A stretch of DNA of 21,723 nucleotides from positions 124,001 to 145,723 of the forward strand of contig LVLI01000094.1 of NCBI GenBank assembly GCA_001687465.1. The letters run 5' to 3'. Of this stretch, positions 1 through 9,949 are shown one piece after another. Both the position numbers and the translations under genes were made by a program. Every line of letters starts with the position of its first letter. The stretch's first letter is position 1. This DNA comes from Halocafeteria seosinensis. Lineage: Eukaryota. The notes under the pieces are model-generated. The model did not search any database. It had not been told where the DNA came from and saw nothing but the letters and a program-made list of their open reading frames with translations.

Positions 1-300
1 CAAGCTGAAAGCAGAGGAATTCAATGTTCGCTATTTTTCCTCTTCAGAGCAGCTCCCTGTTCCGAAGACACAAAGTACGTTCCCTTGTATTTTGCCTCAT
101 CGTGTTCCCGAAAGACTTCCTGTTCTTGCAATACTCTTGGTGCAGCTGAAGCTAAAACACGAACACCGCAGAAAAAGGACCCGGCGCGAAGGATGCTGAT
201 GGGAGCACTTGGTGGCAAGAGGAGTTTAGCAAAATCAGCTAGTGAGACTACTAAACGATCTATCCAACTGGCTAGAAATGAACTCAAGCACAATAAGTAA
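1..300 (+). CDS. 3' end of a spliced gene that starts upstream of the window (exons <1-74, 146-300); unknown protein, C-terminus weakly reminiscent of R3HCC1-like proteins
   Basis: Intron 75-145 (GTACGT...GGTGCAG, 71 nt) joins an open frame from position 2 (KLKAEEFNVRYF...PKTQ) to T-EAKTRTPQKKDPARRMLMGALGG...KHNK-TAA(298-300). The ARRxxxGALG motif resemblance is from memory only. Confidence 0.65.
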   Translation, partial: QAESRGIQCSLFFLFRAAPCSEDTKYVPLYFASSCSRKTSCSCNTLGAAEAKTRTPQKKDPARRMLMGALGGKRSLAKSASETTKRSIQLARNELKHNK

Positions 301-390
301 CAAGAGTATTCAAAGGGTGTATTTTGGTTTTAACATCTATCCAATAATGTTGGAATGCGGGGTCCATTCCTGCTTCTTCGCTACTTCAGC

Positions 391-893
391 CTATTTCTTG
401 CGAGCTTGCACTTCCTTAGCGGCAGCCTTGGTAGCACGGTTGGTTCTTCTGGAGGGACGTACTGTGCGGCGATGCTTCTTAAGCTGCACAATATCAACAG
501 ATGGCATGCTTAACGGACCACATGAAAGTATCAATATTCTGCATGCTTACATCTTCGAGACTGGCCCCTACAATGGGACGAGCACCCTTCTGAGCGCGGC
601 GAGTTCGGCGTCTCAATTGGGTAGTATCCTGCATTAGACAAGAAACGAAGCTATGGGGAAAACAGTCCCAATTTTATGTCAATCCGCGAAACACATACAG
701 AAAGCTTCTTGTTGTGGCGACGCCATGCCAAAGTCCACGTCAATTTAGCTGGTTTCTTCTTTTGATGATATAGACTTTCCATCTTGGAGTTGAGGAAGAC
801 CACCAGTTGGCCATCTCTGCGCACGAACCGAGATCCATGACCAGGATAGATTCGGTACTCGCTGAACGAGCAGGTATTTGTCTTAATAACCAT
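391..893 (-). CDS. RPL24: 60S ribosomal protein eL24 (L24e family), 121 aa; coding exons 893-699, 628-551, 483-391
   Basis: MVIKTNTCSFSEYRIYPGHGSRFVRRDG...KKKPAKLTWTLAWRRHNKK is the L24e signature; RPIVGASLED follows in exon 2, then a basic tail. Phase-0 introns 698-629 (GTATGT..TGCAG) and 550-484 (GTAAGC..TGCAG) keep the frame to TAG at 393-391. Confidence 0.97.
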
Positions 894-900
894 TTTCCTC

Positions 901-1252
901 CTGTAAATCAGCAAATAAATCGTTAACAGTGATGTATACAGTCAATAACCCAAGGCTCGGGTGAGCCTGTAGGAGCACCATGCCCTCGATCGTCCGGTCC
1001 CCCCATGCGTTCCCCTTCTGACGCCCCCTGGGGCTTTTTGTGAGTCTCAGGCGCCGCCTCTCCAAGCAACTCGTATAGTTTGCAGGACCATTCCTTGTTC
1101 CTCAACCACCCATAAGAGGAATTACGGTGCAGCATAAGAGCGACAAGTATAATAGTGCTCAATGCCAACCAAAAAGCACCAGCAAAGCTGGAGCCAGCCG
1201 AAAAGGGCTCCACGAGCCCCCAAAAGATAAGTGCAGCTAGAATGTCTCTTAC
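901..1252 (-). other. Putative 352-nt structured 5'-UTR intron of RPL24
   Basis: Donor AAA|GTAAGA at 1252, branch-like TGTTAAC, and acceptor TTTACAG ending at 901, 7 nt before the ATG. A pyrimidine-rich tract (~1277-1288) lies in the inferred leader exon. No transcript evidence. Confidence 0.75.
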
Positions 1253-1383
1253 TTTCTTTTTGGCTCCTTAACTCCAAAAAAGAAAAACTCGTACTCCTTC
1301 TATGGACACCCGCCAAAGAGCATACAAGTCACTGTATTGAATAGAGTGGGCGACAATGCATGGCGGACGGAGTCTGTGACGAC

Positions 1384-1651
1384 CCGGGCTGAAAGCCCGG
1401 CCGGGCCCTCCAGTGGCGACTGCAGTAGCTGGTGGAACCACGGTGCAAGATTTTGATGTGTTCGTTTTGAGGAGCGAAAGCTACAAGTTGTATGACCATG
1501 GATGCGGGAAAAGCGAACAAGACAAAGAACTTCGAAAGGAGAGGCCAACACATCAAGTCCCTCGGAGATCGCAAGTGGCAGGAGAAAGCGGTCTCGTTTG
1601 GCTTCTGTGTCCACTCAAGACGAGACTGAGACCTCAGGCACATCTGAGGTC
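1384..1651 (+). ncRNA. Candidate structured non-coding element (hairpin cluster) between the RPL24 5' end and the RSL24D1 3' end; family unknown
   Basis: Inverted repeats: 1384-1390/1394-1400 (7 bp), 1453-1462/1547-1556 (10 bp perfect), 1465-1472/1530-1537 (8 bp, 2 GU), AGC-GAAA-GCT 1473-1482, 1591-1599/1618-1626 (9 bp), 1630-1637/1644-1651 (8 bp perfect). No convincing ORF. Confidence 0.35.
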
Positions 1652-2098
1652 GATGTTATTAGTGCTTGCATTACCTGAAAGAATGTGTTTTGGCTGTATT
1701 TTGCATAGGTACATATAGGATGTATGACTAAAAGAAAGTATACCAGAGGACGGCGCAAGGGGTCGTTAGCAGCAGTTTGCAGGGAGTCCCGTACACTAGA
1801 GTACCCATGTGCAAGGGGATGCATAGTGTATCAATTCTGGTTGTTTCTTTCCAACTAGAGGCGTCTTGCATCGGCCCATACCGGTATTGATGATCAATCA
1901 CAACGATACAAAACTACATTGCCACCATAAGACATTACAGATCGGATGCAGCAGGAACTGCACCGTGACAAGTTTTCTCGTTCCCACCATTCCGCATTCC
2001 CAGCAACGGTCGTAGCGTATCAACCACATCGCACTGAATGGAAAGCGAGAGATGGTCGGGGAGAAACTGCTCTCTTGTGCTGCGCCAATTGTAGCAGC

Positions 2099-2786
2099 TC
2101 AATCCATAGAGACGTCGGTCTGCTTCTTTGTGTTCTTCTTTTTTGACCCAGTGGATTTCTTGATGGTTTGGGGTTTCTCTTCTGTCTTCTTCTCTTTCTG
2201 TTCTGCCACTTTATTTTCCACTTCTTTGCGTTCCGCCGGTGTAATCAACTTCATTGACTTCTCCACCTCAATCGCATCCTGTTTCTTCTCGAGGTTCTTC
2301 TTTCCAGCCATCCGTTTGGACCAGAATCTCTCCTCTCTCTTCTTCTGTATATTTTCCACCTGTTTAATTGCCCGGATTGTGTTACCCACAAGTTGCCTGT
2401 CATATCTAACAGGCCTGTTACGCCTCTTCTCGAACTCGAATGTAGCATCCTGCGTACCAGGGAGAATTGCGTCCTGGAATGACCCAACACAAAGCATTCA
2501 CTGTGACATACCACCGCCATTTCCTTCCCATGTGTTTTACGGAAGGCTTTCGTCCATCGTACTTTTCTCGGATTTCGCTTCTTCTGAAATGCTTTATGAC
2601 ATTTGGGACGGCAAAAGTTGAACACCTGACAAGGGATAAGCAATGTAGTCAATGTGGTCCAAAGAAGCAGGTATTCCAAACCTAACGCATTCCAGCCAAT
2701 CTTACCTTTGCATCGTTTCTGACAAAGCACATGCCATGTCCTGGATAGACAGGACTGGAGCAGAAATAACACTTTTCAATCCTCAT
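2099..2786 (-). CDS. RSL24D1: Ribosome biogenesis protein Rlp24 / RSL24D1, 181 aa; exons 2786-2706, 2625-2512, 2449-2099
   Basis: [83 protein letters not shown] is the Rlp24 signature, with intact Zn-ligand cysteines. Introns 2705-2626 (80 nt) and 2511-2450 (62 nt) are both phase-0 GT-AG. Confidence 0.97.
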
Positions 2787-3192
2787 TTTCCCCCGGGTGC
2801 CCGTCGGTTGTTCAAGGTATACCTGTGTTTTGCGTCTGTTTACACGCTCCTCCGGTAAACAAGCAAGCTCAACATAAACAAAACCACCTTCTCTTTCTCT
2901 ACCATCAACAATGATATAGGTGGTCGGAGAAGTACTTTAATAGTGATCAAACAATGGACGGGAGTCAGTAATACTCGGTATCGCACGCAACTTCAACTTC
3001 GACGCTGCTGGAGCTCCCAATCCGAGGCAGGGGTGTTCATGCGACGATGGTTCGGTATGTTTGCTTTACTGACAGAGTCATTGTACTTGTGGCAAATAAT
3101 AGGATGCTTGTGGACACGGGTCACATCTAGCCACGTACTGCGTGGTCACAAGGAAGAAGTCGGGTTGTTGTACATTATTCTCCCACACGTAT

Positions 3193-6100
3193 TTAGTCAC
3201 TGAAATCTAGTTTCTTCTTCACATCCGTTGCGGATAAACGATCTTGTGATCGGCATCCTTTGATCATATTGAGCCACGGAGAGCACTGAATCAGGTGTCG
3301 ACAAAGCTCAGCAGCGCCAGTAAGCCGTGTTCCGCAGCTGTCGCATCTAACGGGCGCCCTTGAAACTATATCGTCCACTCCAATTGGTGAACCCAAGTCT
3401 GACTGCTCTTCACAGGAATTGTTCTGAAGTTGGGAAATACCCCTTTCTGAGATACCTGTGCCATTGCCACCTGACTGCTCTTCACGGGAATTGCTCTGAG
3501 AGAGGGAAGTGTATCTTCCTGAGATACCTGCGGCATTGCCACCTGACCCTACCGCATCGTAGGGAGCAGTTACACCATGGGGAATCTCGTCTTCACCAGT
3601 TACGATACCCTCGCCCCGATCGCTCTGATAAGAGTGAGTACTTGTCCGAGCAAATTCCTCTTCTAAATTGCGTTTGGCTCTCTCTTCCTCGCCAGCAGCT
3701 GACGGCAGGGTAACTGCTGTCGGGTCGTTCCTACCTTGGCTCAGCAGTTCGGTATCTGGCCGATGGGACGCTAACTGATACTGGGAAACAGCCATTGAAC
3801 AATCATAAGCTGCAGTGTTTTCCCTATAACAACCAGGCTCCTGCTCCACTGACCGTCTTTTCTCGGCAGTAGCTCCATCCATTGAGCGGCCCGAGGGTTC
3901 CGTATTTTCGTGAAACTCGCCAGATTCTCGTATCTTCTGGAAAGTTGCACCATCCATTGATTCCGCGAAGCGTCGATTGCCCTGCACATAACCAAACTCT
4001 TGACCCAAATCGCGTTTTACTTCTTTGCTGGCCGTAGCAGGAGATGACGGGTGCTCAGATAGACCACGTTTCTCTTGGTCATCATTGTCTGATTCCGAAT
4101 CAGTGTTGCCACGCCTCTCTTCTTGAGCCTTCGTGTTACCATACTTAAGCATCGATTCATACTTTAGAGGACTCGAAGATTTCTGAGACACTCTAACACT
4201 TTCACCATGAGGAATCCCCATTTCGTACTGAGAAAATGCGCCCGTTTCCATATTTATATTGTCATTTGGATAGATAAACTGTTGAGACACGTTTGCGCTT
4301 GCGAATTCCTCTTGCAAGTTTCGAGTTGTGTCTCTCTCCGACAGACCGTAATCATCAGCAGCTGCAGAGGAGTGTTCCACTGCGCGCTGCTCGCTGGTAT
4401 CTCCCAATGCAACGTCCGCGAACTTACCTGCTAACAGATTTCTGCCTCTGATGTTACGAAGGTTGTCATTTGCAGATTGTGACTTCTTAAGGGAATTAGT
4501 TCCGACACGATAGTTCGCTGGTGCAGTGCGGACTTTGGGACGGGAAGTGCTCCTTTTTTGAGAGGAATCAGCCGAACGTTGTCGGCGCGCGTTCGTCTTC
4601 CGAGTACTGGTGTAGGCACTTTGACCTGTTAGGGGGAACTCATGGAATTTTTCAGCCGGAGTATGCTTTAATCTTCTCGAAGACGTATCATATTGGTGTC
4701 GTTTTCGAATGAACACACGTTCGCAAACCGGTTCATGCACTTCAAGACGACCAGGGGCGAACTTTCGGTTACAATGAGGACACTGCTCTTTATCCTCGTG
4801 GACTTGTTCTAAAGGAGCCGTATGACTCGCTTTCCTGTTAGAACTCCCCTCGGACCGGGAAACTGTGTGAGTACCGGGACGCTGAGAAGGTGCCGTCTTG
4901 CGTTTAGGCGCAACATTCCGCTTTCTGTATAGAGCTGAGCTACGGTTCGGAATAGTTCGCTGCACTCGGGAGGACTGCTGAAGTGTAACTCCGTCGGTTG
5001 GACTGGTGTGGCCGTCTTCATTATCCGATATGTCGCTCTTTGTTTTCTCCCGGTCGGCTCTGCTGGTGCTCCTGCTTGCCTTGGAACGACCGCTAAAGGA
5101 CTTCGTGAGTTCGGCCACTTCTCGGGCAGTCTTCACAGCGCTAGCAACTCGTTCATGTGCGGCAGGAGTAAGAGACGGGAAAACGTTTGAATTCACATAT
5201 GTTCTTTGTAAATCCGGTTTATTCGGCGTTGGACAAGTGTAGTGACTCTGCGAAGGCTCGTTTGAGGGGAACAACGAGCCCAGCTCCTCCTCTACCGCTT
5301 TCCTATCGGGCGTAGCATTCTCATCGTTTTCTTCCGACGGGTGCGGCGCAAATTGTAGTTCCTCGTATTCTTCACGTGTGGCGGCATCAGCCCTATATTC
5401 CGGCGATAACTGGGTTCCCAACTTGTCTTGTGCAATAGCTTGCTCATTGGCGCCTTGTGTCCCATTGTCCGATTCGGTTGTCGGTGCCGCTGCTGCGATG
5501 AAATTCTCCTTGCACTCAATCGATGTAGAAGAAGCCTTCGAGAGTTCATTGGCCTTCTCCGTTGGCTTAGATCGTAGAGGATACGAACCCCTAAAGATAA
5601 TTTGTCCACTGGATATTCCTTCCGGAAGAGTCCATACCGCTTGGCGCAAACGGTGATGGTAGTAATACAATTTGCCATCTTTCGTTGATGCACATCTCCA
5701 GGCAGATGGGTCAAAATAGTCTTTAGGCAGTCTTGATTCAACTTCATTCTCTTGTTCCTCCAATTCAAAGTAGTTGTCGAAATCATCGCGGTTGACATAT
5801 ACCACGCAATCATCATCATCGTCGTTGTGATTCCAGTCTGCACACAAGATCACCAATGAGTGACGCAGGCCAGCTCCGATACATATGAAACTCAGTACAC
5901 TTACTTCCTACGTTGATATCCTCATCAACAATCTTCGGAATTTCATCGCTAAACATTCTCTTTGCCATTTCCAAGTCTGTATCTTCATTGTCTTCATCCT
6001 CCTTGTCTTGCAAATGTGATTCCTCAGGGACCACTTCGGCTATGGTGGTGTCTCCACCGCGGTATGCTTGGGTGGAAGTCGTAGCAGTGGTGCTTCCTTG

Positions 6101-6499
6101 TGGCACAGGTTGATCTGTGTCGGCTAACTGCTCCAAAGCGGCTGAGAAATCCCTGAAACTCTCAATATCACTATGATCCAGGCTGGAGGACGACGAAGAG
6201 TTGTTGAGCATGATCGTGCTTTCATGCACTCTCATGGACTCCTTCGCCTCCTTCACCAACGTATCTTTGACGCTAGTTGTAGGCTCTCCAGAGGGCGTCA
6301 CCTGTGGTGTTTGGGCAACGTATGTCCCCGTATATTTGTTATAAGGCTCATAACCGTCTCGGGATCCACCCAGATAGGCCGATGCCTCACTTTTGCCCAC
6401 CCTATGCACATTCATTCGGTACTCTTCATCATCATGAGGTGTGCAAGGACCTTGAGCAGACCCTAAAGGGTCCTCCTTCAAAGTTATAGTCTCAGACAT
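3193..6499 (-). CDS. ~1079-aa largely disordered protein with a WW domain and C2HC-type zinc fingers; exons 6499-5905, 5837-3193
   Basis: Intron 5904-5838 (GTAAGT..GTGCAG, 67 nt) joins the 227-aa and 887-aa ORFs in frame. WW: SAWRCASTKDGKLYYYHHRLRQAVWTLP (~5620-5709). C2HC: CPHCNRKFAPGRLEVHEPVC (~4720-4785). Second CxxC..HxxxC: CDSCGTRLTGAAELCRHLIQC (~3283-3345). Confidence 0.88.
3399..3547. repeat. 72-bp in-frame tandem duplication (two 24-aa units) within the WW/C2HC gene
   Basis: CTGACTGCTCTTCAC begins at 3399 and again at 3471. The units encode SGGNAAGISGRYTSLSQSNSREEQ and SGGNGTGISERGISQLQNNSCEEQ. Confidence 0.9.
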
Positions 6500-6702
6500 G
6501 GTAAAATGCGTGAGCTATGGACTGCTGAACAAGTCGTCTTCTTTGGAACGATTTGAGTTTTTGAACGACGCGCCCATTCGCGGGTGCGGAAAACATTTGA
6601 AATGTGTGTTTGAAAGTAGTGAACTTTTTACAATTGTGTGTAACGGACAAAAAAGCAAAAAACAAGAGTCGTGGTAGAACTAACGGGCAAAACTGTGTAT
6701 TT

Positions 6703-9516
6703 TCAAAGACCTTCAGCGTATTCTACCTCTTGAGAACGTCTGGTTCGACGTGTTACCGGTAACGACTCTGCCTCGTCCTGAGCCACCTTAGGCTTGGTCT
6801 TCCGGCTAGTGTTCTCTTTACCGTCGGATCCCTTACGTTTCCTCCGCTGTTGTTTTCCAGTGTTACTTTTCTGCTTATTTTCTTTAGTACTGTGAGCCAG
6901 ACCACCAGAAGAGGAACCAGGCTGTTCCTCGACTGAGGAGACGACCTGAGAGCTGTGTGCTCCGTATCCTTCAGCCGATTCGCGATGTCTAGTGTCTGAT
7001 ATCAACTGTAGCTTAATGTTACTCGAAACAGATCCGTCGGTGGTTTCCTCTTGCTCCTGTTCATTGAAAAAGTCCACAGCCCCTTCGTTCGCCAGTTGTA
7101 GCGTTGCGAGGAACATGCGACAGACCTCGTACTGCTCACAGCCGTTGGTCACCTCACGGAAATGATATACTGACGATCCACTGTGATCTTCCTCGATTTC
7201 ATGAAATTTATCAAGCACAGTATCCCCACATTCGTAGATATCAAACTCTGCTCTCGTTTTTTCTAAGTCTAACATTGGTTGTATCCTGTCTCGCCAATCG
7301 TTGACAGATTGGTTCAAATTCGAATCATTTATACGTTTCTCGGCAGTCTTGATGTATTTGTTGATATGTTCCCGAACAAGCTCCTCATATGTGACAGTGG
7401 TTCCGTTTACCTCAGTAGTAGAATCAAGCGAACAATCACCTTGGCCTCCATTGGCCGCAGCCTCGTTTTCCTGGTGCCCCTCGTTTGCAACTTGGAAGTC
7501 CTCTCCTACTCCTTGAAGCTCTGTATCATCAAATACCCCAAAATCATCGTCTTCTACTCCGTCATCGTAATCTTGCACAGGAAGAGACTCCAGTTCCTCT
7601 TCGTCTTGGGCCCTTTGATTTCGCTTTTGATCTTGAATGTTCTTCAAACGCAAAGACTTTTTCATCTTAAGATGATCGGCAAACAAGGACTTCAGGGTGG
7701 GGAAGAAAGGTGAGGATGACACTTGTGTTGGCGCAGCCGGAAAATCGGCAGAGCTCCACTTGTTTGAAAATCCTGAGCTATTTGTTTGCCCCAGAATGGT
7801 AAATACACTGGAAGCTTCGTTGATTTCGTTTTGCGATACCCCCGAAAACTTCCATAAGGTTTCATCGTCGAGTTCTTCGATAGCTTTCTTGACTTTCGTG
7901 GAAGTAAGGGTTTCAACATCTGGTATAACTGCACTCAACGAGCTGCTATTTTCTTTATACATATCAAAGAGTCGTTTACGGGCTTTCGACCGTAGCAATG
8001 ATAAAGCCATTCCTTCTCTCGCGATCGTTTGTGCGTCTTTAGGGGCATCGAAAGTTTTCCCTGTCTTATGAGGCCGAAGTTTCGTTGAACTTCCTGTATC
8101 ATAGGGATCCAATTCTTCCCAAGGGTCGTCCTGTTGCTGTTTTGCCGAGAAACTGGTGAATGTACTGAGAGCTCGACTTCTACCGACCCCTGCGCGAGTT
8201 TCCTCCTGATGAGCATTTCCCTGATAAGCTGCTTGATAATTATTCGTGTCTTGAGGAAGCTCCAAGTCGTCTTCTCCCAACGGGATATCACCTCCTCCCA
8301 TACTATCATCGTCCGCACCTGCATCGTCGTCTCTCAGATCTTCGACACTGGCATATTGATGATCTCCACTCGCGCCTTCGAATAGGTTACCGGTCGCTAG
8401 ATCAGCCAAAGACGATGCGTTTGAGACCCGTGCGGGATGCTCCGGTTGCTGGTTTATTAATAGTTCAGCGTAGCTGGGCTCAGGTAGAAGTGCCCCACTC
8501 TGATGAATAGAAGTTGAGGCCAGTCGAAACGTCTGTTTACCAGCTGTGTCCCCACCTTGAGTAGCCATCATGGATAGAGGAGTTCTGGCATTAGCGAAAC
8601 ATGGCAGTATACTAATCAAACCATGTCTTTTAAAAGAGCACTAGGGAAACGAGAACTTACTTGTTGATTAAGTTCTGGTGAGTCCCCGGAGCTTTCGGGG
8701 TTTTCCTAGGGTCAGTTGATGCAGCGACGGCTATGTTTTCGTAGATGTTCGGGTTTTCCTTCATGTCAACATTGTTTGACTCCTTTACGACATCATCCAG
8801 TAGCAGAAACTGTTCACGTGCGTCGAACAGTAAATCGGCCTCTTCTTCTTCCAGCGTTGAGGCAGGTCTCTGCACAAGTAGATCCCATTGACGTATTATC
8901 TAAGGAAACTGTACCAAGCGAAAAGTGAGAAATGCTTACCTTTTCCTTCTTCTTTTGATGAGAGATTGTTTCCAGCGTCTTGTAAATCAAGTTGTATAGG
9001 TACTCTACCTTCCTACTATAAATACAGGCGGAGCCCTGGAGTATTTGAGAAGTATTCAAAATGCATCTAAGACTAAACTTTCAGGACGCATAATACAGAT
9101 TGCATACCTGTATAAGCAGAGCCGCCTCTGCAAAATTGAGATTGGTTTTTCCATCGGGTAAAGAGATGGTGAGGGACTCCAGCTCTTCCAAGTAGTCTTC
9201 CAGTTCTCGGGCAACATCAATGTTCCAATTCTCAGCCAGGTCTCTGCCGAAACAATCCAGAATATAAATCATCACGTGAACGTCGTAAAATGCATTCTAG
9301 CCACGAGTATCTTCCGCTGACACGCGACACAGAACAAGACTCAAAGACGCCGTCTATCGCCTTTAACGGCAGCCTTCCACCCCTCCACGCGCGCGGCCAA
9401 GACACTTACCTGATAGGCTGCAAAAGGTGGCTGAATCTTTCAGCTGTGTCGGCAGCTGATTCGATAGCATCTTCTGCTGCTACGGAAGCAGCCATTGGGT
9501 TATCGACGGCTGCCAT
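6703..9516 (-). CDS. NCAPH2: Condensin II kleisin subunit CAP-H2, ~809 aa; exons 9516-9410, 9243-9108, 9035-8940, 8869-8661, 8584-6703
   Basis: N-terminal [54 protein letters not shown] and C-terminal [42 protein letters not shown] match the CAP-H2 N- and C-terminal domains. Four GT-AG introns (166, 72, 70, 76 nt) keep the frame. An alternative start 7 codons downstream is possible. Confidence 0.94.
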
Positions 9517-9600
9517 TGGGTTCTGGGACTGTCCTAACTTTGTTTACTAGAGTAAATCCTTCAACTTCAGGTCATTCACAAGACCCCTTGTTACACAAGG

Positions 9601-9800
9601 TGCCCGGGTAGCAGTGGGAACTAGCATATGCCGATGTGAAGAAGCAATACGTCATTCCCAAGTGAAAATTTCCGTGTATACCGTGTAGTATATCCAAGAT
9701 AAAGGCGTTAACGCTCGCACCAAAAATTCCCCGGGCCGATCCGGGCCGCAAGCCCGGTTTGGACTTCTATTGAACCAAACAAACAAATCGGCGGGTTTTC
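9601..9800. promoter_or_regulatory. Probable bidirectional promoter region between NCAPH2 and the 4-TM gene, with a CCCGG/CCGGG cluster
   Basis: The genes are divergent. GCCCGGG occurs at ~9602 and CCCCGGGCCGATCCGGGCCGCAAGCCCGG at ~9729-9757, with similar clusters upstream of other genes. Confidence 0.45.
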
Positions 9801-9949
9801 CTTCAAAAAAAAGCACAGAGGTTTGGAGCCAGAACATTGCCATTTACGAGGGAAGCTTCACGTCGAATCCAGATTTTGAGGCCCCCTTAAAGAAGAAGAA
9901 TATCTTCTAAATTCCCAACTATCGTTGAGACAACTGAAAGGTGCTTAAG

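Noticed and set aside
1020..1060. CUGAGA in the RPL24 leader intron (and CUGAGG at 10204) as a TPP riboswitch core
   Set aside because: The conserved CCUGA..UAAU..GCGNAGG half of the aptamer is absent, and neither gene is thiamine-related.
1070..1125. AAUUCCU and AAACUAU in the RPL24 leader intron resemble the U17/snR30 m1 and m2 elements
   Set aside because: Both deviate from consensus, and the m2-like element is not followed by an ACA box at the required short distance.
1356..1460. ATG-initiated short frames with an in-frame TGA (1377-1379 or 1390-1392) next to a hairpin, suggesting a selenoprotein or an antizyme-type +1 frameshift
   Set aside because: Read-through at 1390 meets TAG after 11 codons, and the +1 frame stops after ~21 codons. 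Read-through at 1377 gives no recognisable protein, no CxxU motif, and I saw no SECIS element.
699..2512. Both L24 paralogs have an intron after codon 65, hinting at a recent duplication
   Set aside because: Aligned on YPGHG and the conserved Trp, the positions differ by two codons, and the proteins are too diverged for a recent copy.
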